This document shows positions 10,147-20,096 of a DNA stretch of 64,000 nucleotides, one piece after another. The stretch lies in contig CAVTTL010000001.1 of NCBI GenBank assembly GCA_963737635.1, positions 2,240,001 to 2,304,000 of the forward strand, written 5' to 3'. The stretch is from an uncultured Methanoregulaceae archaeon (GTDB lineage Archaea > Halobacteriota > Methanomicrobia > Methanomicrobiales > Methanospirillaceae). Made by a program: the position numbers and the translations under genes. Below the pieces are notes generated by a model, which did not search any database, was not told the DNA's origin, and worked only from the letters and a program-made list of their open reading frames with translations. Numbering within the stretch: the first letter of the stretch is position 1; the number at the start of each line of letters is the position of its first letter.

Positions 10147-11226
10147 CTATTTTCCGAAGGTTACAATCATACCGTTATTATCAACTTTTGTCGCAATCGC
10201 GATTTCAAGCCCGATAGGCGAAAGAATCTTCTGGATCTCTCTGCGATTCCTGCTCGTCACGATTGCTATTGAAGGACCCACAGAACTCATGCCGACGAAC
10301 TCGAGACCGGTTTCCCGCAGCATGCTCATATACTGGTAGATCCGGTAACTGTGGTGCTCGACTTCCGCCCGTTTTGAACCTCTAAATTCGATTTCCCAGA
10401 CAACATCCCCAATCTTTCTTAAATCGCCACGTTCGAGCGCCGGAATAAAATCCATCATGAGGAAATATGCCTTGAGTTCCCGGTCCCGGTAATCAAGCGT
10501 GCGGGCCCGGTTCATGAGAAGGTCAAACTCTTTTGTACCTGCCGACGAGATATCCGTAGGCGGCACGACAATAAAGACATTCTTTCCTTCTGCAAACGTA
10601 TGGTGGTATACGATGACGAGTTCATCGCCCATCACCGCCATGCCCCCGTGAGTGCTTGCTGCCGGCCCGACGCCGGTCTCAAAGCCAAACGCTATGGTGC
10701 CCTCTGCGGTCTCTTCGACGTAATTATGGCCGATGAGTTGGCGGAGCTCAGCATTCGAGAGCGGGGCACCAACCGCTTCATTTAAAGCGGTTGCCACTGC
10801 GATCATTACCGTACTTGTCGACCCGAGGCCGACATGCTTACGTTCGTGATCGGTCGCTTTTATCCTGAAACCACCAGTGTAGCCGACGGCTTTGTTAAAG
10901 ACTGCGACAAAGTTTTCGATAATGGCTGACCGGTTGTAATCGATCACCAGTCCCTGCCGGGTGCATTCAACCTCTGCGGTACAGTAGCACTGGATCGCAA
11001 AACCGATGCCTCCTCCCCCGGCATGATCCGGGGCAAACCGGTTCATGTCAAGTACGGAAAGATGGATCCGGGCCGGTGCTTTTACTATAACTTTCCCTTT
11101 TTTCGGATGCAGCCGGTACGTATTCTTTTCAAGGTCAAGCGTTTTTGTGATCTCACCGGGAAGGAATGTCCGGAACTCGTATTCTACGAGATCGAGATCG
11201 CCACCGCGTATCATCATAACGGGCAT
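10147..11226 (-). CDS. GHMP-kinase superfamily protein related to beta-RFAP synthase
   Basis: PARIHLSVLDM, GGIGF, HVGLGSTS, GMSSVGP motifs. Confidence 0.75.
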   Translation of the reverse strand: MPVMMIRGGDLDLVEYEFRTFLPGEITKTLDLEKNTYRLHPKKGKVIVKAPARIHLSVLDMNRFAPDHAGGGGIGFAIQCYCTAEVECTRQGLVIDYNRSAIIENFVAVFNKAVGYTGGFRIKATDHERKHVGLGSTSTVMIAVATALNEAVGAPLSNAELRQLIGHNYVEETAEGTIAFGFETGVGPAASTHGGMAVMGDELVIVYHHTFAEGKNVFIVVPPTDISSAGTKEFDLLMNRARTLDYRDRELKAYFLMMDFIPALERGDLRKIGDVVWEIEFRGSKRAEVEHHSYRIYQYMSMLRETGLEFVGMSSVGPSIAIVTSRNRREIQKILSPIGLEIAIATKVDNNGMIVTFGK

Positions 11227-11439
11227 TGTCTGTCACCGGTTATGATCCTTCTAGCAAAGAAAATGTTTCGATTTCATCCGGTGAAAAGAAGTGCCAACCA
11301 AACCTGATGACCGTTAACGAAGTCTTTATTGATGTTTCACGGATAGAAAAGTTCCTGTTGTATTTATATTTCAGTACGGGTTAACCGATGGTAGACACGG
11401 AGATCTTTGTCTTCGTTTATTATGCGGGGGTGGGGAAGG

Positions 11440-12625
11440 ATGATGAAAAAGACCGTCATGGATGTTGACGTTCGTGGGAAACGGGTACTTATGCGGGCAG
11501 ATTTCAACGTCCCCCTCAGCCCCGACGGAAAGATAGATGACGATAGCCGGATCCGGGCATGTCTTCCCACGATAACGTATCTTGTCAATCAATCCGCCCG
11601 CGTAATCCTCTGTTCCCATTTGGGGAGACCTCACGGAAGGGTAGACGATCGCCTGCGTTTGGGACCGGTAGCCCGGCGGATGTCAGAACTACTTGAAAGA
11701 CCGGTCATATCGCTGCGGGAAGCTATTGGGCCTGATGTCGAGCGAACCGTATCCAGTATGCAGGATGGCGATCTTGTTCTTCTGGAAAACCTGAGATTTT
11801 ACCCCGGGGAAGAAGAAAATGATCCCGGTTTTGCCAAAGACCTTTCCCGCTTGGGAGATCTTTTTGTGAACGACGCCTTTGGTGCGAGCCACCGGGCACA
11901 TGCATCCGTTGTCGGCATCGCTCAATTCCTTCCCTGCGTCACCGGTCTTCTCATGGAAAAGGAGATCGAACAGCTCGAGTAGTCTCTTTGAAAAACCTGC
12001 CCGACCTTTTGCGGTCATCCTTGGCGGGGCAAAAGTAGAAGAAAAGATCGGGATTCTCGAAAATATTATTCCCAAAGTAGATCTCGTCCTTGTTGGCGGG
12101 GGAGCGGCTGCCACGTTTTTGAAGATACAAGGGTATCCTACCGGAAATTCCCCGGTGGAACCTGATACGATGAAGGTTGTCGAAGTAATTTTGAAAAAAG
12201 CGGTGGCCCGCGGTGTACGGATCCTAATTCCTGAAGATATAGTCGTCACCGAAAAACCGGAACCGGGTGCGAGTTCAATGATAGTACGATCAGACCAGAT
12301 CCCTCGCGATTATGGTATCGCAGATATCGGCCCTCATACCATTGCAACGTTTATAAAAGAGCTCGGGCAATGCCGGACCGTGGCATGGAACGGTCCGATG
12401 GGCATGTTTGAGATCCCGCAGTTTTCGAATGGAACAAAATCCATTGCATCGGCTCTTGCCGATCTCAGGGCCACTACGGTCATTGGAGGAGGATCAACAG
12501 CCGAAGCCGTAACCCAGTTCGGGCTTGCAGAGAGGATGACCCATGTCTCTACCGGCGGAGGTGCTTTTCTCCGATTTCTTTCCGGGAAAGCCCTGCCCGG
12601 GATTGAAGTTCTCGCAAACAAGTAG
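11440..12625 (+). CDS. pgk: Phosphoglycerate kinase (bacterial-like; 1-nt indel near 11977)
   Basis: [53 protein letters not shown]; split across ORFs 11407-11982 and 11879-12625. Confidence 0.93.
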
Positions 12626-12727
12626 GAAATGCATCATCTCTCGAGATTATCTGGCGAATGGGCTGCGGAAAAACAGAGAAATCACAAATCCAGAAATCAC
12701 TAGTTATGCCGGAATATGCGGCTTCGC

Positions 12728-14098
12728 TTACTTCGCTTCAATCTGCATTGCCGGATCAGCGTCCCGAATTATCTGCAGGACCTCGGATATCCGTTTGTCC
12801 ATGCATCCTTTTGTATCAGCTTCAAGGTTAAGCCGGATGAGTGGTTCTGTATTGGAAGGTCTGATGTTAAACCACCATGAAGGATATTCCATGGTAAGCC
12901 CGTCAAGGGTATCGGTCTGTGCATCAGGAAACGCGGCTCTGAGAGCTGCGACGATTGAATCGCGCTTGTTCACCCGTATGTTGATTTCTCCGGTCGAGGA
13001 ATATTTTTTCAAGGGAGATAAAAGCAATGAAAGCGGCTGGTTTTCTACCGAAAGCAGGTTGACCATTTGAGCCATGGCGAAGATGCCATTGTCGCAGAAC
13101 CCCATGTCACGGAAGTAGTAGTGGCCCGAAAGTTCACCTGCAAACAGGGCATTTTCCTGCCGCATCTGTTCCTTAATGAATGCATGACCCACCCGGCAGC
13201 GGATCGCTCGCCCGCCAAGACGTGAAACCGTCTCGGCAACTACACGGCTCGAGCGCAGGTCATAGAGGAATGTTGCACCAGGCTCTCGGGCGAGATACTG
13301 TTGTGCGATCAGGGCGGTGACGAGGTCGGAAGGAATCCTTTCTCCCCGTTCATCGACAAAGATGCACCTGTCTGCATCCCCGTCAAATGCAACCCCGAAG
13401 TCTGCACCCGAGTTCAGGACCATCCCTTTGAGTTCATCCGTTGCAGAGTCGAGGAACGGGTTTGCACCGTGATGGGGGAAATTGCCATCGGGATCAAGGT
13501 TTACTGCCACCGGAGCAAGTGAGGGAAATTTCAAAAAAAACTGTCGGATTTCCGGTCCTGCCATTCCATCCCCGGCGTCGATAGCGATAGTCAGAGGTCT
13601 TGGGTTGTGAATGAAGCTTGCGACGGTATCGACGTAGGAACCGGTCAGATTTCCAGTTCTGTACGAACCGGAAGAAGGGAGATCCGATGCCCGTCCTGAT
13701 CCGTCCATCTCTGCCACCATACGCTCGAGTGCAGGAAGCCCCTCATCTCCCGAAAGGGGGATCGCCTGTTCACGACAGAGCTTGATACCATTTGTCTCCG
13801 GGGGAAGGTGAGACGCGGTTATCATCGCGCCGCCATTGAACTTCCCTTCGATGATGGAATAATATAGGAGTGGAGAGCTGGTCAGGCCAAAATCGGTTAC
13901 TGTGCCTCCTGACCCGACGTATCCCCGGATAAACGCGGATGCGAGAGCCGGTGAGGAAGGGCGACAGTCTCTTCCAACTGCAATTGAGCCTGATCTCATA
14001 AGGTCTGCAAAAGCGGCACCGATCTTTTCGGCAGATGTTTCATCCAGTTCGCCAGGGTACGAACCCCGGACATCATATGCTTTGAAAATGCCGGTCAT
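12728..14098 (-). CDS. Phosphomannomutase/phosphoglucomutase
   Basis: IFKAYDVRG, TASHLP phosphoserine loop, FDGDADR metal loop, GELSGH, RPSNTEP. Confidence 0.95.
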   Translation of the reverse strand: MTGIFKAYDVRGSYPGELDETSAEKIGAAFADLMRSGSIAVGRDCRPSSPALASAFIRGYVGSGGTVTDFGLTSSPLLYYSIIEGKFNGGAMITASHLPPETNGIKLCREQAIPLSGDEGLPALERMVAEMDGSGRASDLPSSGSYRTGNLTGSYVDTVASFIHNPRPLTIAIDAGDGMAGPEIRQFFLKFPSLAPVAVNLDPDGNFPHHGANPFLDSATDELKGMVLNSGADFGVAFDGDADRCIFVDERGERIPSDLVTALIAQQYLAREPGATFLYDLRSSRVVAETVSRLGGRAIRCRVGHAFIKEQMRQENALFAGELSGHYYFRDMGFCDNGIFAMAQMVNLLSVENQPLSLLLSPLKKYSSTGEINIRVNKRDSIVAALRAAFPDAQTDTLDGLTMEYPSWWFNIRPSNTEPLIRLNLEADTKGCMDKRISEVLQIIRDADPAMQIEAK

Positions 14099-14127
14099 AA
14101 TTATATCCTGTTCACCAAGTTCGTCCT

Positions 14128-14884
14128 TTATTCCTTATTGGATGCTGCGGCCTGATCAGCTACCGATTCAGTTGCACGCCGAATCTCCTCTTTGTTTCCC
14201 AGATAGTAGTGACGGACCGGGTGCAGGGATTCATCAAGATCATAAACCAAAGGAAAGCCTGTTGGGATGTTTAGCCCGGTAATCTCGTCATCCGGGACTC
14301 CATCGAGATACTTGACGAGGGCACGGATGCTGTTACCATGAGCGGATAGTATGACACGTTTCCCGTCAACCACAGTGGGAGCAATGAACCCTTCCCAGTA
14401 CGGCACCACCCGTTTCAGCGTATCTTCCAATGATTCTGTGGTGGGGAGTTCGTCTGTTTTCAGACTTGAATATCGCGGGTCAAAGCGCGGGTGCCGGGGA
14501 TCGTTTCCGGCAAGTGCCGGTGGCCGGATGGCGTACCCCCGGCGCCACGCATGAACCTGTTCCTTCCCGAACTTCTCGGTCATCTCCCGTTTATCCATCC
14601 CCTGCAGGGCACCGTAATGCCGTTCATTCAACCGCCACGAATGATATATGGGGAGGTACATCAGGTCCATGTCATCCAGGACGATCCACAGGGTCCGGAT
14701 CGCCCGCCTGAGCATTGAGGTGTAGGAAATATCAAACGAAAAACCGGCATCCTTGAGGAGGCCGGCAGCCCGGTGAGATTCTTCCTTTCCCTGATCTGAT
14801 AGGTCAACGTCGGTCCAACCGGTGAACCGGTTCTCCCGTTCCAAGGTACTCTCGCCGTGACGCAGCAGTACCGATTGTGAACAT
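14128..14884 (-). CDS. gpmA: 2,3-bisphosphoglycerate-dependent phosphoglycerate mutase (indel near the N-terminus)
   Basis: ATG 14884 gives MFTI; the shifted frame gives VLLRHGES, then [37 protein letters not shown]. Confidence 0.92.
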
Positions 14885-15066
14885 TCCGGCCCTCGTTTAA
14901 ATTATTGATATTTTAGACAGTGTAACGTTGTTATGAGATAATAAATATCCTCGTATAATTCTATGGAAACCGGTTTAAAACGGGGATTGGTTCATTTAAA
15001 CTCACTTTAAAAGGAGTGTTTTTTTACACACTACCACAGTGATAAATGACACGGGATCCGATGAAA

Positions 15067-15624
15067 TTACTTTACAACACGATCGAAGAAGATGTTCTTC
15101 CCCGATACCGAGAGCGGGATTGCATAAGCGACGGTACAGTCTTTCCCTAACAATCCAAGATCCAGAGCAACCGATCCGGCTGTGTACATGATCCGGTTAT
15201 CCACATTGTGTACCTGGGCAGTCTTTGCCGCTGAGCCGACTGCTATTCCCAGATCCGCCATCCTCACCGCGCAGTTAGGACCGGCAAAGGGTGTTGTGCG
15301 TTTTCTTGCCGTGCGGGTTGCCTTTGTAAATGCAGCACAGGTAGCATACCCGCATGCCCCGCAATTTATCCCCACAGCAACTTTGCCACAGACCCCGATA
15401 ATCAGGCAGGCATCGCTAGTGGCAACATTTTTCGCATCGCGCAAGAAGAAACCCAGTCCTTGTTTTGTGCCGAACTCCGTCATTGCCAAAGAGAGTTTCT
15501 TTTTCTGCGCTGTTGTGAGCAAAGTAATGAGAATCTCGTCCTGCCCCTTTGCTTTGGGTGCGGTGCGGGCTGCAAGGGCCATAAGACCGGCGACTCTGGT
15601 CACTGCAGTTTTCTCAATAGTCAT
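15067..15624 (-). CDS. DUF2148-type ferredoxin-domain (Fe-S) protein
   Basis: AARTAPKAKGQD, CGACGYATC, DLGIAVGSA, VDNRIMY, GKNIFFDR. Confidence 0.85.
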   Translation of the reverse strand: MTIEKTAVTRVAGLMALAARTAPKAKGQDEILITLLTTAQKKKLSLAMTEFGTKQGLGFFLRDAKNVATSDACLIIGVCGKVAVGINCGACGYATCAAFTKATRTARKRTTPFAGPNCAVRMADLGIAVGSAAKTAQVHNVDNRIMYTAGSVALDLGLLGKDCTVAYAIPLSVSGKNIFFDRVVK

Positions 15625-15675
15625 ACGTGAGTATGAGAAGTTCCGGGAAGATAAAGAGAAGGGATGGCCCGGAAT

Positions 15676-16092
15676 CTAAACCCGGAATGCGACACCGTCA
15701 AACAGGGCAATCGTTTTCTCGCCTTCGTATACGATGACGCGATATGTCTCGCAGGATCCGTTCGAGGCAATACGCTCTGCAACCGCAACAAGCTGGCCCC
15801 GGGCAGGTGCAATATACTGGATATGCACGGAGATGGCTGTATAGTAGTCTTTGCCGCAATTGGATGCAATGCCAAAAGCGTGGTCGGCAAGAGAGAAAAC
15901 AGCTCCGCCATGCGCGATGCCGTGCGGGTTAGACTTTCCTATACAATCCATCTCGACACGTGCATAACCGTCACGGGCCTCGGTAATATGCATACCCAGC
16001 AACCGGCCAAACTCGCTTTTTTCGAATGACATGATCGTATCGTTTTTAGATCCCAGGAGTTGTTTCTCCGGCAATTTTCGAGTCCCGGTCAT
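15676..16092 (-). CDS. PaaI-family hotdog-fold thioesterase
   Basis: NPHGIAHGGAVFSLADHAFG motif. Confidence 0.9.
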   Translation of the reverse strand: MTGTRKLPEKQLLGSKNDTIMSFEKSEFGRLLGMHITEARDGYARVEMDCIGKSNPHGIAHGGAVFSLADHAFGIASNCGKDYYTAISVHIQYIAPARGQLVAVAERIASNGSCETYRVIVYEGEKTIALFDGVAFRV

Positions 16093-16304
16093 GGAATCCC
16101 TACCCAAAGAACATACCTCATCCGTATCTCATGCTTCGATATACTTTCACGTTTGTCGCTTCGAGACAATTTCTATTGGTATTGATTACTCTTTGGCAAT
16201 TCGAATCTGTCTTTTCACGCACAGAATGATCTTTGATAAATCGAGATAAATAACAGTGCTCTGGACGCATCTTCGATTTATATCTATTTTCCCCATGTTA
16301 CTTG

Positions 16305-16572
16305 TTCTTGTGATTCCGGTGAGAGAGAGGGATCTCCGATACCAAAAAGAGACCCATCATATTTCCTTCACCAATTCTTCGCTTCAATATGACTGATTTC
16401 ATTCCTCCGGGATGTCAGCCTCACTATCTGAGAAAACGATCCGCATGTTAGGCCCATCCTACTCTGCTGTTATCGCAATCTGAGTGGAATCAACAATATC
16501 GGCACTGAACCGCTTATCCTTTTCCAGAAAGAGTTTCCCTAGTTCAAGGAGGTTCATCACCAATATAGAGCC
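16305..16572 (-). pseudogene. Degenerate remnant of a hybrid REC-histidine kinase
   Basis: Fragments LYIGDEP / LLELGKLFLEKDKRFSADIVDS (REC start) and MRIVFSDSEADIPEE* / GLFLVSEI / SLTGIT (HATPase end), with stops and frameshifts. They resemble both ends of the intact kinase at 45046-47347. Confidence 0.6.
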
Positions 16573-16593
16573 GAAGTCTACCGGATGATGATT

Positions 16594-16995
16594 CTATTGT
16601 CGGATCGGACTCTCTGAATGAGCTGCTGAAATAATTGACCGTATTGTCGTTTCGAGCCCATCAAGATTAAAATAAGAGTCAGGAATTTTCGGAACAAGAG
16701 CAACCCGGCCATACCGTATAAGATCATCTTCCGGAATGAGATTTTGCCCTATCCTGAAAAAAACAAAGGGCACCATGTTCCCTTTCTGTCTTATGTTGCG
16801 AAGGAGAGCAATACCGGCTGATTCTCTGGAGATATAATTGGTAACAATGGCGTCAAAGGAAATATACTCCATTTTCCGCATCGCCTCTTCAACAGAGTAT
16901 GATGTTTCAATCAGGATATCTCCCCCCCGCTCAAGAAAACTCCTGGCGGTATCCTCTAAAGGCGATTCTTCATCAACATAAAGTACGAAAATCAC
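16594..16995 (-). CDS. Stand-alone atypical receiver-domain protein (phospho-Asp replaced by Asn)
   Basis: VLYVDEE..FDAIVTNY (canonical DAIVSDY in the window's kinases)..VPFVFFR..VPK. Confidence 0.8.
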   Translation of the reverse strand: MIFVLYVDEESPLEDTARSFLERGGDILIETSYSVEEAMRKMEYISFDAIVTNYISRESAGIALLRNIRQKGNMVPFVFFRIGQNLIPEDDLIRYGRVALVPKIPDSYFNLDGLETTIRSIISAAHSESPIRQ

Positions 16996-17115
16996 GAATA
17001 ATCACCCGTTTAGGTCCACAATTCTCCGGATTGAAAAAGATTAATTTTCCTCTATTTGTTCAGAGATCTTTTCCAATCCGTCAGAGTCAAACTACGAAAC
17101 CAGCCTGTAAAACGT

Positions 17116-17655
17116 TCAGATTGACGTATCCACATCTTCCAACAGCTGCTTGATATCGATCCAGATGATCAGTTCGTTCTTCTCTTTGTCTTTGACCTTT
17201 ACTTTCCTCTTGATAATTCCAATGATAGCCGTGTCTTCCTTGCTCACGGATGCAGATGTGTAATCTACCTGATTTGCTTCAAATGTCGAAACCGATGTAA
17301 CATCGTCGACGAGGATTCCGATCTTTGTACCGGTAATCTTATCGTCGAGAACGATAATTCGCGATGATTCAGCTGCTACTTTGCTGTTCTCTGTGATGTT
17401 GAGTCGTTGTTTGAGATCGATGATAGTCGTGATCTCGCCCCGGAGATCGATGATCCCTTTTATGTATAATGGCACGTTGGGAAGTTTGGTAATCGTGGTG
17501 TATTCAACGACTTCCTTGACATCAAACAGATCGATGGCAAAGAGCTCCTGGCCCAGGACAAACTCGACGATCTGGATGCTGCCCTGCCGTTTCCTGGTTG
17601 TAACCTCTGGAGTGGGGTCTTGCGCAACCTGTGGCTCACTTGGTTTTGCCGCCAT
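17116..17655 (-). CDS. cheW: Chemotaxis coupling protein CheW
   Basis: IVEFVLGQELFAIDL..VKEV, KGIIDLRGEITTIIDL, GILVDDV. Confidence 0.95.
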   Translation of the reverse strand: MAAKPSEPQVAQDPTPEVTTRKRQGSIQIVEFVLGQELFAIDLFDVKEVVEYTTITKLPNVPLYIKGIIDLRGEITTIIDLKQRLNITENSKVAAESSRIIVLDDKITGTKIGILVDDVTSVSTFEANQVDYTSASVSKEDTAIIGIIKRKVKVKDKEKNELIIWIDIKQLLEDVDTSI

Positions 17656-17669
17656 GATAACGCCCCGGG

Positions 17670-19148
17670 TTAATTCACCTTGAATTTCTTGTTCGCTTCC
17701 ATTGCCTCGATCGCGATTTTGTCAACGGTTTCCATCATCCGGGTGATCTCGTCCAACGCGGCTGATGACTCTTCGGTTGCTGCTGCAGCATCGCCTGCTT
17801 CCTTTGCAGTTTGTTCTACCAAGCTTGCGACCTCGCTGACACTTGCCGTTATCTCTTCCGTCGTTGCAGCCTGCTCCTCAGTAGCTGCCGCAACTTCCGT
17901 CGCACTCGCAGCCACCTTTTCGATAGCGGACGCAATCTTGTTGAAGGACTGCAGCGTTTCGGTCACCATCTTCGAACCCTGTTCGACCGTCCCTTTCGCG
18001 TCGTTCATCGCAGCTGATGCGTTCTGGGTGCTCTTTTTGAGAGAGGCGATCATCTCTTCGATCCGCTCAGCTGAGTTGCGGGATTCCTGAGCCAGCGATT
18101 TCACTTCAGTGGCGACGACCGCAAAACCACGCCCTGCATCTCCGGCGCGTGCCGCTTCGATCGCAGCATTGAGCGCCAGCAGGTTTGTCTGGTTGGCCAG
18201 TTCGCGGATAAGTATGACAATCTTAGAGATTTCGCCCATCTGTGACTCCACCTCGGTTACAATCTCGTAGACTTTTGCTGATGAGGTAGAGATCTCAGCC
18301 ATACTCTTCTCTGCCTTCCCGGCGAGCTCAGCACCGGAATGGGAAAGGTCGTTCGTCTGCTTGGAAAGCGTTGAGACCGATTCCATGCTCGATGTAATTT
18401 CTTCGACGGCTGCGCTCATATCCTGCATCGCTTTCGCAATCTGATCCACACTCTGGGAGACTTTTTCTGCGTTGCTGCTGACTTTGCTCGCATTCTGGGC
18501 GATCTGTTGGACACCTTTAGAGCCCTCTTCAACACTGTGGGTCGCATTATCTGCCGTCGTGACCAGATTCTGCATCTTCTTGTTGACATCAGCGATATTG
18601 TTTTCAAGATTGACAACAATCGCTCGGACTGCATCTCTGACTTTAATAATCTGATCATGGGTCTCTTTTGTGTCTTCGTCAGGTTGCGATATTGTGTACC
18701 TCGGTGTTAGGTCCCCGGATGCCATTATCGCATAGACCTTTGCCATTTCATCAATCTCATGGGACATATACTCCTGAACTTTGACTATCTTCGTGACTTC
18801 GTTGTATGTGAGATAGAGGTACTTCACATCGCCTTTTTCATTCAGCAGCGGGATGTTCGTCCTGACCACGACATGCAATCCGGAAGGCGTTTCAATAGTA
18901 CTCTGTCCAACGGTTGTCCGCCGGCCATTGATTGCATCAGTCACCGATTCACCAGAGTCCTTAAGGTACTTCATCATTCCCTGTGCCCGGAAATCGGAGT
19001 ACTTTATCGCAAGCAGTCGATCCTTATTGTACCCGACCAGCTTGCTGAATGCATCGTTCACCATGACAAACTTAAGATTGGCATCCACAACTGCATGAGC
19101 CAGTGGATTCCTCTCAAACATTTCTGTTAATTCCTGTAACTCAACCAT
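17670..19148 (-). CDS. Soluble PAS-domain methyl-accepting chemotaxis protein
   Basis: N-terminal PAS, HAMP-like segment, signalling tip [40 protein letters not shown]; no TM helix. Start is ATG 19148 or GTG 19157. Confidence 0.95.
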   Translation of the reverse strand: MVELQELTEMFERNPLAHAVVDANLKFVMVNDAFSKLVGYNKDRLLAIKYSDFRAQGMMKYLKDSGESVTDAINGRRTTVGQSTIETPSGLHVVVRTNIPLLNEKGDVKYLYLTYNEVTKIVKVQEYMSHEIDEMAKVYAIMASGDLTPRYTISQPDEDTKETHDQIIKVRDAVRAIVVNLENNIADVNKKMQNLVTTADNATHSVEEGSKGVQQIAQNASKVSSNAEKVSQSVDQIAKAMQDMSAAVEEITSSMESVSTLSKQTNDLSHSGAELAGKAEKSMAEISTSSAKVYEIVTEVESQMGEISKIVILIRELANQTNLLALNAAIEAARAGDAGRGFAVVATEVKSLAQESRNSAERIEEMIASLKKSTQNASAAMNDAKGTVEQGSKMVTETLQSFNKIASAIEKVAASATEVAAATEEQAATTEEITASVSEVASLVEQTAKEAGDAAAATEESSAALDEITRMMETVDKIAIEAMEANKKFKVN

Positions 19149-19153
19149 GTTTT

Positions 19154-19741
19154 TCACCCGAGTCTAATGACCTGTTCTTTGTAAACTTCATTCATCAATT
19201 CGCCAAGACCTGTGTACATCGCAGATAAGCCGCAGATGATACCCACAACACCAGCGATCCCAAGGACTGCAGTGCTGCCGATTTGGTTCCCCGCAATCAG
19301 AAGGAGGAACAAGGCGGTGAGGAGACCAAAGACAACCCGGAGCGCTATGGATAGTCTGAATGTAATAATGAACATCACGAGCGAGAACAAACCCCAGAGC
19401 GTAAGAAACGATACAAGCGCTTCTTTTTCAAGCGGGACACTCCAGCCAAGTGCTGGCATGAGGATCAGCCCCACGAGCGAGATCCAGAAAAAACCGTACG
19501 AAATGAACGCTGTCATACCAAAGGTATTATTCTTCTTCCATTCCATGATTCCCGCGATAACCTGCGCAAGGCCACCGAAGAATATACCCATCGCGAAGAT
19601 CACTGAACCCATCCCAAAGAGTCCTGAATTATGCAGGTTCAGGAGAACAGTCGTCATTCCGAATGCCAATAACCCAAGCGGTGCCGGGTTAGCAGTTATG
19701 TCAGCGATACTAATCGCATCCTTGCTTTTTTCAATATCCAT
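19154..19741 (-). CDS. satP: Acetate uptake channel, GPR1/FUN34/YaaH (SatP/AceP) family
   Basis: Signature [11 protein letters not shown] and FISYGFFW; 6 TM helices. Confidence 0.93.
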   Translation of the reverse strand: MDIEKSKDAISIADITANPAPLGLLAFGMTTVLLNLHNSGLFGMGSVIFAMGIFFGGLAQVIAGIMEWKKNNTFGMTAFISYGFFWISLVGLILMPALGWSVPLEKEALVSFLTLWGLFSLVMFIITFRLSIALRVVFGLLTALFLLLIAGNQIGSTAVLGIAGVVGIICGLSAMYTGLGELMNEVYKEQVIRLG

Positions 19742-19765
19742 TTTTTCACCACTCCTTTCTTTTAC

Positions 19766-19918
19766 TCATTTCAACGTTACTGCCGGCAGAGCAGTATAAT
19801 CATCGAACTTCTGTACGAGTTGATCCAGAACGCCAAAGTACTCCTGGATATCTGTCTCCACAGATCGTTGACTCAATGAATTTCTGGTTTCGTCCAAACC
19901 CAGTTTTCCCATGCTCAT
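19766..19918 (-). CDS. Putative 50-aa small protein heading the satP operon
   Basis: MSMGKLGLDETRNSLSQRSVETDIQEYFGVLDQLVQKFDDYTALPAVTLK*. GAGG RBS-like element upstream; ends 24 nt before satP. Confidence 0.5.
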   Translation of the reverse strand: MSMGKLGLDETRNSLSQRSVETDIQEYFGVLDQLVQKFDDYTALPAVTLK

Positions 19919-19937
19919 CCTCAATTATCTGAACCGC

Positions 19938-20050
19938 AAAAACCGGAAGAATCCGGTTTTTTGGGTTGTAAATATCCATTTTCCTTAATATTATTTAAAC
20001 TTTTTGTTCTATGATGATTATTGAATTTGATTATTGAAGATTAACAATAA
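19938..20050. promoter_or_regulatory. Divergent promoter region with hairpin and repeated operator-like motifs
   Basis: 10-bp inverted repeat 19938-19947/19952-19961; TTTAAATA TATA on - strand at 19992-19999; TGATTATTGAA direct repeat at 20015-20025 and 20028-20038; TTATTG-N8-CAATAA palindrome at 20031-20050. Confidence 0.55.
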
Positions 20051-20096
20051 AGATATATATTGGCAATCAACAATTATTATTTAATGAGATGATATT

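Noticed and set aside
16235-16294. Inverted repeat ATAAATCGA...TCGATTTAT at the left edge of the AT-rich block
   Set aside because: Short, AT-rich and widely spaced, so it could arise by chance; no supporting context.
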